Source: Vicugna vicugna (lineage: Eukaryota). From it: a DNA stretch of 64,000 bases. The translations under genes were made by a program, and so were the position numbers. Numbering within the stretch: the first letter of the stretch is position 1; each line of letters opens with the position of its first letter. The notes under the pieces were generated by a model. The model made no database searches, was not told the DNA's origin, and saw only the letters and a program-made list of their open reading frames with translations. Positions 1-12,824 of this stretch are shown in pieces. The DNA lies in NCBI GenBank assembly GCA_013265495.1, contig MU062453.1, forward strand, positions 558,001 through 622,000, written 5' to 3'.

Positions 1-179
1 TGTGACTCTGATGTGCATTACTTCCTAAGTGTCCTGACAAATGAGATTTACAGCTTACAACCTTTCCCTGCATCTTGGAGTTCCCTGAACAGCTAGATCA
101 GATCATGAGATTCTTGCCCAACTTTGACCTCCCCACCTGGAAGAGAGCGGGGCCCTTTCCACATGGCAGCACTACTTAC

Positions 180-215
180 AGTGACAGGCAGGTCTAGAGG
201 ATTAAGGTGCTTGTC
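180..215 (-). CDS. ELMO2: ELMO2 36-nt in-frame cassette exon (DKHLNPLDLPVT)
   Basis: Minus strand ...ttttgctttctgccggcag|GACAAGCACCTTAATCCTCTAGACCTGCCTGTCACT|gtaagt; phase 0/0; peptide matches the 12-aa insert I recall from the longer mouse Elmo2 isoform. Confidence 0.88.
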
Positions 216-1398
216 CTGCCGGCAGAAAGCAAAACGCACAGAGAAAAGCAGATGGAATGAGCTTTCAGCTTACATTCAAAACAGGACTAGGAAGGAAGAG
301 GTTAACAGAGCAAAGCCATCCAAGAAAGACAAGGACAGACAGAACCACAGATGCTCCTGGTCCTCCCACCAGAACTTTACAAGAACTTGGTACACGATCC
401 GACAGGAATTTCAACGTACTGGGCCCATGGCATTGACAGAGAATGACAGTCTTTCTTTTGTACATCTCTTGGACCTCTACCAGAGAAATTTAGAGTGGTA
501 GTCCTGGAAGGGCCCTTAGCTCTTGATTTGGTCCTTTTATTTCACAGAAAGAGAAACTGAGACACAGAGAGGTAAAGGCACTTGCCCAGCAGTGGCAGGA
601 AAAGTATGCAGCCTCGGGGGCCCTGGGCTCTTAGCTCGGCGCTTGCTCCACTGCCCAGCCGACCCTTGGTTTCCTCACTTGTGAAGTAGGGGTCTGGCTT
701 CTTCTCAAGACATCCTTACAAAGTAAACGGGGCAGACATTTGTTGCCCCCACATTACAGGTGAGGAAACTGGGGTTCCAAGAAGTAGAGCAATTTGCTTC
801 ATGTCACACAGCTAATTCACAGGGAAGAAAAGTTTAGAACCTGGATCAGAGGATCTTCAAACATGAAACTTTGACCTAAGTCCCTCCACCCCTGCTTCCT
901 TAAGCAAGGACCTCATTTGTTCCTGCCTCCTGGGACTCGGAGGTGATGCCCAGAGGGTCTCCTCTCCCTGCTCCTTGATCCTCTAACCCAGGGGTTCTCA
1001 CACTAAGGCCAAATGACGTCTGACACCTGTCTGTGTACTGAAGGTCTTAGGAGGACAGCCACACCCACTTGTCTGCCTATTGTTCGAGGCTGCTTTTTGC
1101 TACAGTGGCAAAGTTGAATGGCTGCCACGTGAACCACAATGCCCACCAAGTGAAAAACATTTACTTGTCCTCGAGAGGAAGAAGTTTGCAGGCCTCTGCT
1201 CTGCCCTAAGACCCAGTTGGTTTCCCTCCTAGTTCCTCCCTGGGTCTTTCCTTAGCAGAGGCACTCTGATGGGTTCTGACCACAGAGGGACAGGAGGAAG
1301 GACTCTTGGGAAAATTATGGGAGGGGGGCGGGGAGGCGTGATGAGAAGTCTTCTCTCGGAAGAGCCCAGATGAATAGCTTGAAAAGACAGCCACAGAC

Positions 1399-1477
1399 CT
1401 GTCGCTTGTCCTCAGGGGCCTTCAGAAAAAGTGCGTTAATCAGTGCAATGGCGTAGGTCTGAATCTCCTGGTTGGAG
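1399..1477 (-). CDS. ELMO2: ELMO2 coding exon ([26 protein letters not shown])
   Basis: 79 nt, ttgacacag| ... cag|gtctgt; phase 2/0 fits neighbours. Confidence 0.96.
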
Positions 1478-3735
1478 CTGTGTCAACAGAGAAAGAAGGC
1501 AGAGGGAGATTAGAAGACTGACCAGCAAGACGATACTCAGAGATGGTTTAAAACAATCATGTGCAGACTGTAATCAAATAATTATCTGAAGCTAAGTCTC
1601 AAAAGCTTTCCAAGAGGGCAGACTCCCTCACTCAGCAATTCCACTAACAGGAATTTACCCAAAGACAGTTATCAGAGAGCAGTGCAAGGAGTTTCACTGA
1701 AGTACTATTAAAAAAAGAAAGAACGGTAAATAATGCAAATGTCCACAGTAGCAACTCTGTGCATGTATGTTGAAATTCTAAGCAGCCGTTAAAAATCATG
1801 TTTTAGCAAAAAGGCTCTTCACCTGGGATTAGGGATGGGCTTAGAGCATCTGTGAAAACTGGAAATGGTGCATTCCATGAAGCTGGCGGACTGCGTGACA
1901 TTTTTTCCAGGGAGGTCAGAATCCATATTGGATTTTCAAAGGCATCTGGGATGCAAAAAATTTTAGAACTACCCTTTTAGAAGGTTCCTTGACATGGGGA
2001 AATAGTCAAGCTCTATTATTCTGTAAAAAAGTCAAGGCATGCATAGAATGTGTCGTAAGATTCCAACTTTGTTAAAAAACATGCATAGGAAAAAAAAAAA
2101 GACCAGTGGGACAGTCACTTTAATGTTAACAGTGGTTATGTGTGGAGGTGGGATAATAGGCAAATGATTTTTTTATGTGTGTTTTTCTGTATTTTCAGAG
2201 TTTTCAACTATGAAGTTATTTTATTTGAAACAAACAAAATAACTACAAGCCTTCTCTGGAATCTCATAATCCTGCCACTTGAGGTCGTCGTGGGTGCATT
2301 CTGTGGTCTTCTTTTCAGAGGGGCTGCTGGGCTTCCTGGTCAGGTGGGGCATAATGGACATCTAAAGGAGGGCAGGCACTAAGTGTCCCTCAGCCCAACA
2401 GCAGAGGACATAATTTTTGGGGACAGCAAAGGGCTGAAAGTATTCATAGACTGACCCCTAAGAAATGCCATGCTCTCCTACCATCCCTAAGGAGGTAACC
2501 GGGTCATTCTCAATTCAGAAACAAAGAAATCTGAGGTCAGGAAAATCAGAACTCTCCACCTGGAGTTTGTATGTCCCCCTGACTTCAATCAACCTTTCTC
2601 ACTTTCTGGGCATGAAAACAGAGGCTGAAGAATTCCTCAGAGAAGTGACAAGGAGAAATCAGAGCTGCAAATCTCCCTGTGCCTTCTTTTTACTTGGACG
2701 AGTGGGAAGGTACAGGCTGAGAGCACAGCTGAGTGAAGACAAGGCTGCTGTAAACAAGCAACTCTGGCTCCCCCTGGGACCAGCAGGGCGTTCTGTCAAC
2801 GGCCCGTATGCCAGAAGGGAGTAAGAGTTAGGAAAGAGTCAGTGGTGTTATCACCACCCCTGTTTTGGGAAGTCCAGTCCCCTTAAATTGTGTGGAGTGT
2901 TTGAAAGCGAAGTAAAAAGAATGAGGAGGAGAGGAACAGGGCTCCAAAGGGTTCATCTATCTTCAGTTTTGGTTTACTGTCTGGTAAAATGCTTCATGAT
3001 GAGATAAATTTCTTAAAAAAACAGACAAAAGCAAAAAAACCCTTTTGAATTTATTGAATACTTATCCTTTGCTGGCCTCTATGCTAGACCTTTTATCTCT
3101 TTTGATCCTCACAAGTCTGAGAGGTGGGGATGATTAACCTCAGTCTAGAGACAAGGAAATTGAGGCCAGAAGAGATTAGGTAACTTGCTGAAGGCAGAGA
3201 CCTAGTTTGCAGTAGAGCCTGGATTTGAACTCACGCCCTATACAATACTTCTTACTATCCCCCAGCAAGAGTTCAGCAAGAGTTCATTCAACAAATACTA
3301 ATTGCTCTTCTACTTAAATTAAAACAAGGGATACAAAAATGACTGGTCCCTGTTCCCAGAGAGCTCAAAGTTTAAAATGGGAAACAGATAATACAAATAC
3401 AGTATTTTATATAAATATAATTGTCATAGGTACAAACAGAGGCTATTTGGCCCACAGACGAGAAGGCATCTAATTCTGTCTGGTACCATGGTGGGAAAAA
3501 CTTCACTGTATCCTACGAGGTGAGGAGAGTTACAGAGGATTTCAAGCAGGAGCATACAGGAACAGGTCTGAGTTATGGGAGGAGTTCTGGCAGTGGAAAG
3601 GGGATGAGTGGATGAACAAGCAGACCAGCATCTTGGAATACAAGCAAAGCAGAAGTAGAACTGGAAGACTTAAACAGAGAAAGAGGGGAGAAGAGAAGAG
3701 GGAGGGTAGGGAGGCTGGGCAGGGTCTCTACTTAC

Positions 3736-3887
3736 ACCTGGAGGTGTGAGATGAGCTGTCCCACGGTGATTTCCTCTGCAATCTTCTGGTACAGACTCTG
3801 GCTATTCAAGACCATGCTTTCCAGGATGGCCAGGGACCTCTGAAGGATTGACACATCCACCGTGGGCTGGCTCACGTACCCTGCAAT
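3736..3887 (-). CDS. ELMO2: ELMO2 coding exon ([51 protein letters not shown])
   Basis: 152 nt, ggctttag| ... caggt|gtaag; phase 0/2. Confidence 0.96.
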
Positions 3888-4964
3888 CTAAAGCCAGGGA
3901 AGGCAGGCCAGTTAGGAAGCTCAGGGCCCCAGAAAGCTGAAGGCTTAGGTCTTGGACTGCCTGCTCGCCAAGGCTCTCCTCTTGGTTGTGCTGCCCACAC
4001 TTGGACAGCTGTCCCTGAGTAGGCAGAGGTATCTCATTTATGGCTACCTTGGCCAATGTGCCAGGGAGTCCCTAGGCATGGATAGCTCAATTTCAGATTA
4101 CAGTATTCAGTCAACTGTGCTTCTTTAAGTCAAAGGACTTAATTCTTTGTTTTCAAAAGAAGGGTTCAGGCATGAGAAAGTGGAGGGTGGGAAGCAGAGG
4201 ATCTGACTGATACTGGGGTCTCATTTGCTCTCCATGACACTTCGTCCCCATACACAAGTGGAACAGCAGGGACCTCGAAGTCTTGTAATCTAGTCCCTTT
4301 TCTCAATCACCATTGACACATGTGTATCCTTGACACATGGTCATTTCACTTTTGCCCAAATATCTCCAGCATGGGAAGCTCTCAACATCCCAAGCCAATG
4401 ACAGGCGTAATTCTAGGTCAGCAGATATGTCATTCATTGGTTTTAATTCAGCTTTCTGAGTTGACACTGACCCTCCTTGTAGAATAAAGGAGGACAAAAC
4501 CAGAAGTATCTCTTCGCACCCACTAAGTTCAATTTGACAATCAAACAGGTTACCTTGCAGACTTGTAAACAGAAGACAGAGTAGTAAATATAAGGCAAAT
4601 GAAATGAACATTTTTTTTTTCTAACCAAAGAGGAGGGAAGGCTCAGGAAGTAGGTCAGAAGACTGAGGGATGGTTCTGCTTGGCTGGCTGGCGCTAACCC
4701 AAGGCTCACTGACAATCCAGCTCCACTTTGGCCATATGCAGTTGTGAGAACACAGTTCCACCTTAGTGCAGGCCCTGTGAGTGTAACGAGGCACATCTTT
4801 CAGGAGCCACAGGAAGGCCAGAGCCTGAGGATGAAAAATCTGGCCTCAGGGACCAGTGAGGCCGACCCTCACTGGAACAGCTGTGTTGCCTGCGTGTCCC
4901 CTCAAGCCTGGAGAACAACTGGCGACTGAGGGAGGAGAGAAAGACAGAATGTTAGACGCCTCAC

Positions 4965-5064
4965 CTGCTTAATGAAGGTGATTGAAACCATGTCCCAGGA
5001 GACAATGCCATGGTCCATGAGCTCTAAGAAGGCAGTCAGGGTGAATGCCAGCATCTCACTGTAG
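4965..5064 (-). CDS. ELMO2: ELMO2 coding exon ([33 protein letters not shown])
   Basis: 100 nt, tctcag| ... cag|gtgagg; lies in ORF-track 4902..5090. Confidence 0.97.
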
Positions 5065-6656
5065 CTGAGACATGTACAAAACACACACACAACAACGCAG
5101 TGGTTCAGAACCGGGGAGCACAGGCATGAAGGCAGCCACAGCAGGGACAGATCTCAACGCCAGCACCGCGTGAGGAACCGGTGGGCGCCACTGGGAGCCA
5201 GCACCCGTGCGAACACCTGGCCAGGTATGGAGCAGGTTCCCCCCACGCATCTACCACTGAGGAAAAGGCTGCTGGGTCTCAAGGAAACTGGATCATTTAT
5301 CCTTTTCCCAAGAACAAAAAAGACATCAGACCTTTGTCAAACCCAACCCTTGGTGGCGGGACCTAAGGGGGCTTATGTCCCAGGTTCACCTTTAAGGCCA
5401 GAGGGTGGCAGAGTGCAGGGGAAAAAGGGTTGAACTCTGGACATGGGTTCAACTCCTGTTCAACTATTTACTAACTGTGCAAATTTTATGTTTTCAAACT
5501 TCTATTTTTTTTCTTTGTAAAACTGAGTTCATCTCACAGTATTAACCTCACGCGGTTGTGGCGAGGACAAGATGATGATGTATGTGAAACCCTTCCACAG
5601 TGCTGACGGAGAACAAGGGTAAAATGTTTTCTCCCCTTTGTCTCCCCTCTGTATACATTTCATCCTTTATACATCTGTACAGTGCTCTATAATCAACAAA
5701 TTATATTCCCATTTACAAAGCATGTTCTGGTCCACTCTTGTTAACAATACTCCTCAGGACAATATAGCCAGGAAGGTATCACTCCTATTTTAAAGAGGAA
5801 GAAATGAAGGCCAATCCTGCACTCCTGGGACACTGCAGAACTCCTGGGTCGGTGCTGATGGCAGCCAAAGCCTTCAAGATTTCAATGCAGCTGGAAAACC
5901 CAAGATTTCGAACAAATACCCAGGATCTGTTGCTCAATTTGGCTAAAAATTTCAGTAGCTGATCCATCAGCTAAAAGAAGACTTCTGACTCCCTCTCTGC
6001 CAGCTTAGGTTCCACAGGCTTAGAAACTAAACATCTGTTTATTCACTGCTGATAATGGCAAGGCAGTTTCCCGCCACGTTCACCTTGGCACTGGAGTTAT
6101 CACAAAGATGTTCATGGTGCATCGCAAAGTTCTAGATCTCCCTCTCCCTGTGAAAATGGGCAGTAGGGAGATGGCGAATTGGTGGGGGTGAGCTATGGTA
6201 AACACAGAGGAAGGCCTGTGCTTGTCTGTGTGCATATGGAGCGAGGGGGTGACTGGCGAGGGAGGGAGCAGGAGCAAGGTTAAGAATAGACAGATACCTG
6301 TTCTAGGTGATACTGACAGTCTGCTCCCTAACCTCTGTCAATCATTTTCCAGAAATGATTTCAGCCATGCACTGACCTCTCTCTTTCTGACTTCTGCAGC
6401 CCTGATTTTCACTCCTCACTTGGCACAGTACTGTTTTGTACCATCATTTAATTTGTGAGAGCCCAGCTAGACTACAAGAATTAGGACCACAATAGTGAAT
6501 TCTACCCCTCTGTGGGGACCCTGATGCTTGGCGCGCTGCTCTGTATACAGAAGGTGCTCAATAAGCTCATTTGACTCAATGGAGGTGGGACTAGGATGCC
6601 CTGCGGAGTGTGTGGATCTGTGAGAGTCCCCATAACAAGACCTCAGAAACACTCAC

Positions 6657-6838
6657 TGGGACAAGAGCTTGGTTCCACTTTCCACGAGCCGCGTCAGCAC
6701 AACAATGCCATCCATGTTGATGAACTCAGTGGCGAAGGTCACATCAGCAGAGAGCTTGGCCAGCTCCTTCATGGCATCCAGCCGGGTCTCCATGTTGGAC
6801 GACTGGGTCCTCTCCATCAGCTGGCGTGCAGCCCGGGA
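6657..6838 (-). CDS. ELMO2: ELMO2 coding exon ([14 protein letters not shown]...[11 protein letters not shown])
   Basis: 182 nt, ctcacag| ... ca|gtgagt; lies in ORF-track 6653..6868. Confidence 0.97.
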
Positions 6839-8959
6839 CTGTGAGACCAGGGACGAGATACATGCCATCTGCGCCTTGTGGCAGGTTACTGCTCTGTGAA
6901 TAGCTCACAGGGGCCTTTCTGTGGACTTCCAAGCCTGAGGCAGAACTATTTTTTCACACTGCTTAAGATTTGCTAAATAAATGTTTACTGAATCAATTAG
7001 CGTATCCCCAGTATGCCAAGACCAGTCTGTGGTTACATTCATCCTTCCTGTACCACTCTGGTCTACGGATTAAAAAACTCACCAAGGGAATACAAGGGAG
7101 ATTGGGCGATGACAGTCCACTAACTACAACAAGTCACAAAGAAACAGACATTGGTTCAATATAGGAGAGCTTCCTATTAATTAAAGCCGTCAGACAGTGG
7201 AAGAAGTTGTCTCTTTAAGTACTGGGCTCTCGGTCACTGGAAGCAATCAAGGACAACCTGGACAACCACCTGTCAAAGATGCTATCAAAGGGATTCTTGC
7301 ACTAGCGGGGAGAATTAAATGTGATGACCTTCAAGAGCCTTTTCAATCTGAAAATGTGGTAAGCCTGAAAATTTTCTTTAACTTTCCTTCAAAGCCTGTA
7401 TCATTGTTCCTCAAAGTGACAGCCCTGGGGAAGTTTTTAAAATGTCAAGGGGCCAAAACCAGCTAATTTCAAAATAGCTTTTGAAGATGATGGCTGGTTA
7501 TGGAGCCTCCTCCTAGCACGGGAACTTTTCATAGGGGAACAGCCGCCCGCTTCCTGTAAGCAGCGGCTATAATCCCTCCTCTCGTGTTCACTTATCTTTA
7601 CTGTTGCTGAACTTACTACCTTTATAGTTGCTGCCTCACAATTGACCTTTTCATCATTCTCTATTTTTTTGTGCATTAATTTAATGTTCTCGGTTGGAAT
7701 GGAAGAGTCTGGAGAGAAAAATGCTCCTGGGGTCTTTATCTTCCTTACAGTGCTAAGCAAGCGACCGGAGCCCAGCTTCTGCTGCTGCCAAGGAGGCAGG
7801 CCTGCCCGGCTCTCTCCCTTTCCCTGTAACAAAGACGGCTTTTTACCAGCACACTGCTGGTGAGCACACAGAAACCCTCCATTACCTCCACGCTGGAGAA
7901 AATATGCTCCACGAGAAAAGGTCACAGGACAGAACAATTTGAAGAGCACTGGTCTGCATCACAGTTAAAAGCTTCCAACTCCAAATGTTAGTTTTCCTCT
8001 CAAGACAGCCATTTCTGGGCCGCCACCTCCTGCTCCAGAGAGATGTGCTTCCGGGAAAATCAGCTACTCTGGGTGAGAGGTCTGTAAAATGCCTTGGCAC
8101 TTCTATAGAAGTGCACGGCTTGCAGACTGCCACATTAAACTAGCAGAGCTTAGAGGGGAGAAATGAAGTCCTCAGGACAAGAAGAGCTCAGGAGGAGAGA
8201 GGGGAGCAGAACACTGGCCTAGAGGCGAACACACCTGGGTCTGAGAGGTGCCTGCCGTGTTTCGGGCTGTCAACGGCTGGCGAGGTATTTAACCTCTCAG
8301 TCTGTTTTCTTGTCTGAGAAACGAGGCTATCAAGAGCGCTCATTTCATGGGGTTTGCCAAGATTAAGTGACGTCATATACGTACAGTAGTTAGCAAAACA
8401 GAGGTGCTCAGCAAATGTTAGCTGCTTTACTCCACACCTCCCTTCCTCTTGGATGGCTAGTCTCTCACCTCACAAGAAAACAGGTGCCATCATGCCCTTA
8501 ATTTTGGCAGCCTTTCTACAAATGGACCTAAGCTGCCCCCACAACACTGGTCCTCCTCTGAGGCTGAGCAGTCAGGGTAAATCCCTCCCCTTGGGCTGTG
8601 GGCGCCTCCTGTCCTGACCTAGTAAGGTTCTGTTCCATTACTTACCCTCTCTTTCCTGCACCATCAACCTTCCTCTCTTCCATCCTAACATAGTTTCAGG
8701 GACATGTACAAAACTGTGACAGAAGTTAACCACTGTGAAGGGCTGGAGGAGGCAGGGAGCAGGGTAGAGGAGGGACAGGAGTGGAAAGGAGACCTTTCAC
8801 CGTATCTCTGTCAAACCTTTTTGATTTTAAAACACACGAATGTTTTTACCTCTTTTCAAAAAGCGTATCTTTTCAACTCCATATCCCAAGCCAGGACTTT
8901 CTCTAGCTATTTCCTTTTGTAACCAAGCTTCCTGATAACATAGCAAACTCAAGGTCCTC

Positions 8960-9950
8960 TTACACTCAAACCTCTGCAGTCTGGCTGCCACCCAAGCATC
9001 CCAATGAAACTGTTTTCATGAGGATCACCAGTGACTGACTGGTTTTCCAGATCACAGACTGCTTTTCTGTCCTCAGTTTACTCTCTCCCTGCTCACTGCA
9101 GACCACGTCGTCCTCCATCCTGACACCCTCACTGCCCTCAGCTCCTAAGCCATTTCAAACTCATTTTCTTTCTACCCTTCTGGGGGCTTCCTGAGTCACC
9201 TTGCAGGGCTGCTCTTGCAGAAATCAAGGAGCCATCCTGGATTCTCCCACTCTTTCCACAGCCTGTGCATGCCCTCCTTCACCAAGTCCACCTCCAAGTA
9301 CCTTTCCTGCCCATCTTCTCATCTCCACTGCCATCACCTCCATGGGCTGTTGACACTGCTCAACACTGCTTCTCAAAAATTCCTCCTACCACAATCTTCC
9401 TTTTTTCAGCCCATCTTCCACAGTCACTAAAGTGATCTTTCTAAGACGTAAATCTAAGCATAACATACCTTCCTGCTTGAGCTCTTTCAACGCCCCCATG
9501 TTGCCTTCTGGATAAAGTCCACCCCATACACAGGCCACCCAGGAACCTTCAGCTGGCTTCTGGTTGATTACCACGGGTCCTCGGCCACTCAGCGTTCCTG
9601 CCTCACCCAGACAAAGCACATCTCTCTGCTTGGAATACACTTCCTTTTCTTCTTTCTTCAGGTCATTCTTGCTTATCCTTCAGCATCTGAGCCAAGGGTC
9701 CCCTTCTCTGGAAAGGCTTTCTGGGAATCTTCAGGCTAAGTTAGGTGGTCCCTTTTCTGAGTTCCCAAAGTTCCCTAAGCAACTTTCTCTCAAGACCCCT
9801 GAGAGAGGCCTTATATTGTATTTGTTGGCTTACTCTCAACCAGGCTGTCAGAGCAAAGATTGGGTTTTCAGCCTTCACAAGTCTTAGTTTCTAGAACAGA
9901 GTCTGTTCCATGGTAGGTGTTCATACATGCTTGTCAAATAAAGGAATTCC
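8960..9950 (+). mobile_element. L2 remnant
   Basis: Pyrimidine-rich L2 ORF2/3' motifs ending ggtaggtgttcatacatgcttgtcaaataaaggaat. Confidence 0.7.
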
Positions 9951-9970
9951 TAAGGAAAGTGAATACCTAC

Positions 9971-10021
9971 CGGGGAGATAGCCAGCTGGAGGATTGTCCC
10001 ATTCTTAATGTCGCTGCGAGT
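9971..10021 (-). CDS. ELMO2: ELMO2 coding exon (TRSDIKNGTILQLAISP)
   Basis: 51 nt, tacctag| ... ccg|gtaggt; phase 0/0. Confidence 0.96.
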
Positions 10022-10136
10022 CTAGGTAGTAAATAGAAAAAAAGAGCAGCTGATAAACTAAAATTGTGCACGCAAGCTGAATCAACAAGAACATTCTTTT
10101 TTTTTAATAGGATCATGCTATCTGTTTTATTAAATG

Positions 10137-10250
10137 AGTTTTTTTTTCTTTTTCTCTTTTGTTTCTCCCTTGACAGAAGCACTGTGGATTGAACCCAGGA
10201 CCTCATGCACGCCAGGTACACACTCTACCACTGAGCTATACTCCCACCCC
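10137..10250 (-). mobile_element. Camelid tRNA-derived SINE (Vic-1-like)
   Basis: tRNA-like head (tagctcagtggtagag...gggttcaatc) with A/B boxes plus A-rich tail. Confidence 0.75.
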
Positions 10251-10548
10251 TCCTTTCTGTCATTTTTAAAGTAGTTGTAACTGAAACTCTTCAGTCAGGC
10301 CCTCTTCTCCTGCTTATTTCTTGGCAAAGAACTTCTAAGATCCTTTTCAAGCGCCTCTCAGGAAGCAGAAGCCGCATTTTCCCAGCCACCACAGGAGAAC
10401 AAGGGCTGGCACTCCCTGATCTGCCCAGGAAGCAGCTCTTACCCTGTGAGTGGATGCACCCTGGATGTAAGGAGGGAAAACAGCCCGCCCCCTTGGCTGG
10501 TTCCCTTCAAAGCAAAGCCTGTACTGGTTTTGCTTCCCCGGTACTAAC

Positions 10549-10621
10549 CTGTTCGGTGATGTAGAGCTGAGGACCATCTGCGTAGCGGAGCGTGTAATAC
10601 TCTGGGTTTGGTAGTGACCAC
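10549..10621 (-). CDS. ELMO2: ELMO2 coding exon ([24 protein letters not shown])
   Basis: 73 nt, ttacatag| ... cag|gttagt; phase 2/0. Confidence 0.97.
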
Positions 10622-11069
10622 CTATGTAAGAGAAAAACAGTACAGCTCGTTTGGCCATGCCTCGGAGCCTGTTTAGAAGCTGCAAATAAGTAATTTTCAA
10701 TAGAGCTGCTTAAAGGAATGGGTGGTCTATTTGAAGTACAGGGGAAAGAAAACAAAGCTCTGGGTTGAGACGTTGAACAGTAACCCCCTCAGCCTTCTGT
10801 AAAGACTGGCCCCACAGTCGGTGGCTAATAATTCACCACGGGCCTCAGATCCCACCAGGACCTCAGGTGGGGCACTGCTGGGCTTAAAGGGAAAACTAAA
10901 GATTGATAGGTGGTCTTAGGGCCGTCCCCACCTGCTATACTTCCTTCCTAAGACAATGATCCACAACAGCCCCGCCCTGGGGATCCTTTGGCAGAATTCC
11001 CTTCAAGGTCTGGCAGTCGCCTTAGTCTTCTGTCTGTCACAGTCCAAAACGAGGGCAGTTTCAACTTAC

Positions 11070-11110
11070 CCATCACAAACTTCCTTGATGATGGATGCCA
11101 GGGGCCGTTT
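11070..11110 (-). CDS. ELMO2: ELMO2 coding exon (KRPLASIIKEVCDG)
   Basis: 41 nt, ctctttcag| ... gatgg|gtaagt; phase 0/2. Confidence 0.96.
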
Positions 11111-11425
11111 CTGAAAGAGAAAGCGAGAGAGATTCTTCACCAGCAGCCCCATCCCAGCAGTGCCAAGGCCCATATGAGAGGGTCTGCCAAGCAGGGTCAA
11201 CCTGCGGCCTGAGCACGGACTTCTTTTCTGAGAGCTTTTCTCAAAGAGGAAGCCTCTCTAGGTCCTGGGGACCAAACTTCCATAGGGTGGGACAGGCCTC
11301 AGCTTTCCTGCCGCTCGCTGGTTCTTACTCATGATGTGAGTGGTCCCCACCCCTAAAGACATCCTCTGCCGTGCACTCCCCAGGCCCCTCTCCTTGCATT
11401 GCTACTCCTCATTTCCAGAGTTTAC

Positions 11426-11503
11426 CTGGTCGATTTCGAGGAGCTGAGCATTAGCACCTGGCCACTCAATGGCCACTTTGACGATGTCTGATGGTGGTGG
11501 CAT
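11426..11503 (-). CDS. ELMO2: ELMO2 first coding exon ([26 protein letters not shown]); exon spans 11426-11553 with 50 nt of 5'UTR
   Basis: ATG at 11503 in acgATGc context; acceptor tctttcttcccag| at 11554-11555; donor cag|gtaaac. Confidence 0.97.
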
Positions 11504-12824
11504 CGTCCCCACTGGGTCCTGCTTCTCTAAGACACACACACAGACACAGCTGCCTGGGAAGAAAGAATCAGAAAGAAAGAAAAGGTCAGAGTTTGCCTTC
11601 ATTTTTCACTCTTAGTACTTATTTCAGAAAATTGGAAAATAGTGTCCAAAGAAACATATGGAACTACTTGGCTTGAATTTTTCTAGATCACACTACACCT
11701 TTTCTTTGGGGTTTTAGTCTCTTTAGATTAAATCAGCAAGTAGAAATGGGACAAACCTATCTATCAACTGTAGATAAGCCAGTAGCAGGATCTGCCAAAG
11801 AGACACTTCAGTTTAAGGGCCAGGAGGGCTCTGCGGTAGGGGAGCATATTTACTGCAGTCTTGTCCTGGGACCCTGAGAGGGAGAAGCATATGCCCTAAG
11901 ACAGATAAGAACAGACACAGCCTTTTCCTGGCTGAGCAGTTGGCTGACGGAGCCAGCTTGCTCTGTTCCGCAGTCATCCCAGGAAGAGCCCGGAGTCAGC
12001 AGGGCTGGGCCAAATGCTCTCTTGCTTCCTCCCTACTTATTGCTGCCATTCTTTCCCTCTCAAAGGACACAATGTGGAGCCTCCTCTGTGTGGGATGACA
12101 CAGAGTTCAGAAAATGGGGAAGAGAAATGGGACAGGAAATGCTATTTTAGTCCCAACTGCCAAGGGCAAGGGCGGCTGAGAGCACAAGTGTAGGGAGATG
12201 AGGATACCCCCACACAAAGGTCCCACTCTAGGAGGACAAGGCTCTGGAAGAACCTCTGACCCCCTCCCCCACTGCTCTCCAAAATAAAGGAAAATAAATC
12301 ATTCAGAACAAGTCTGTAAGATGGGCCCATGTGACTGGTATCCTAGGCAACTCTGTTAGCTTAGTGGTGCTCCAAGCAGTAGCTAAAGCATCCTCTCTCC
12401 AAGGTCTGATGAAGGGAAGTCACTCCACTGATGGATTATTTCAATGTGTATTTACATTCCATGCCTGCAGGTCCAGGAGAGGCCTCTCTTTTAATGAAAA
12501 AGACTTTTCTCCTGCATCCTCCAGGTTTAACCACTCACCCGCTATTCATGCTTCACTAATGGAGACCACCTGCCCCTCCTGGAATATGCAGCTAAGCTGG
12601 TGCTAAGCCAGGGTTCATGGATGCTATCATTTTTTTCAGCCCAAACAGATGTCAGTTCTCACAGACTCGTTAAGCACAAACCTCAGTGAAAGGGGTACAA
12701 GTCCCTTCCCCTACAAGCCAGCAGATCTCAGAAAGAGAGAAGATTCTGTGACCATTTCCTGAAAAGGGTGGGCTGCTTCAGAAGTCAACTGTCAAAAATA
12801 CCAACACTGCTAAAAGATGGTATT

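Noticed and set aside
10137-10250. tRNA-like sequences here and at 38.4 kb and 62.4 kb
   Set aside because: They have A-rich tails and (in one case) a TSD, and all three share a diverged core; these are SINE copies, not tRNA genes
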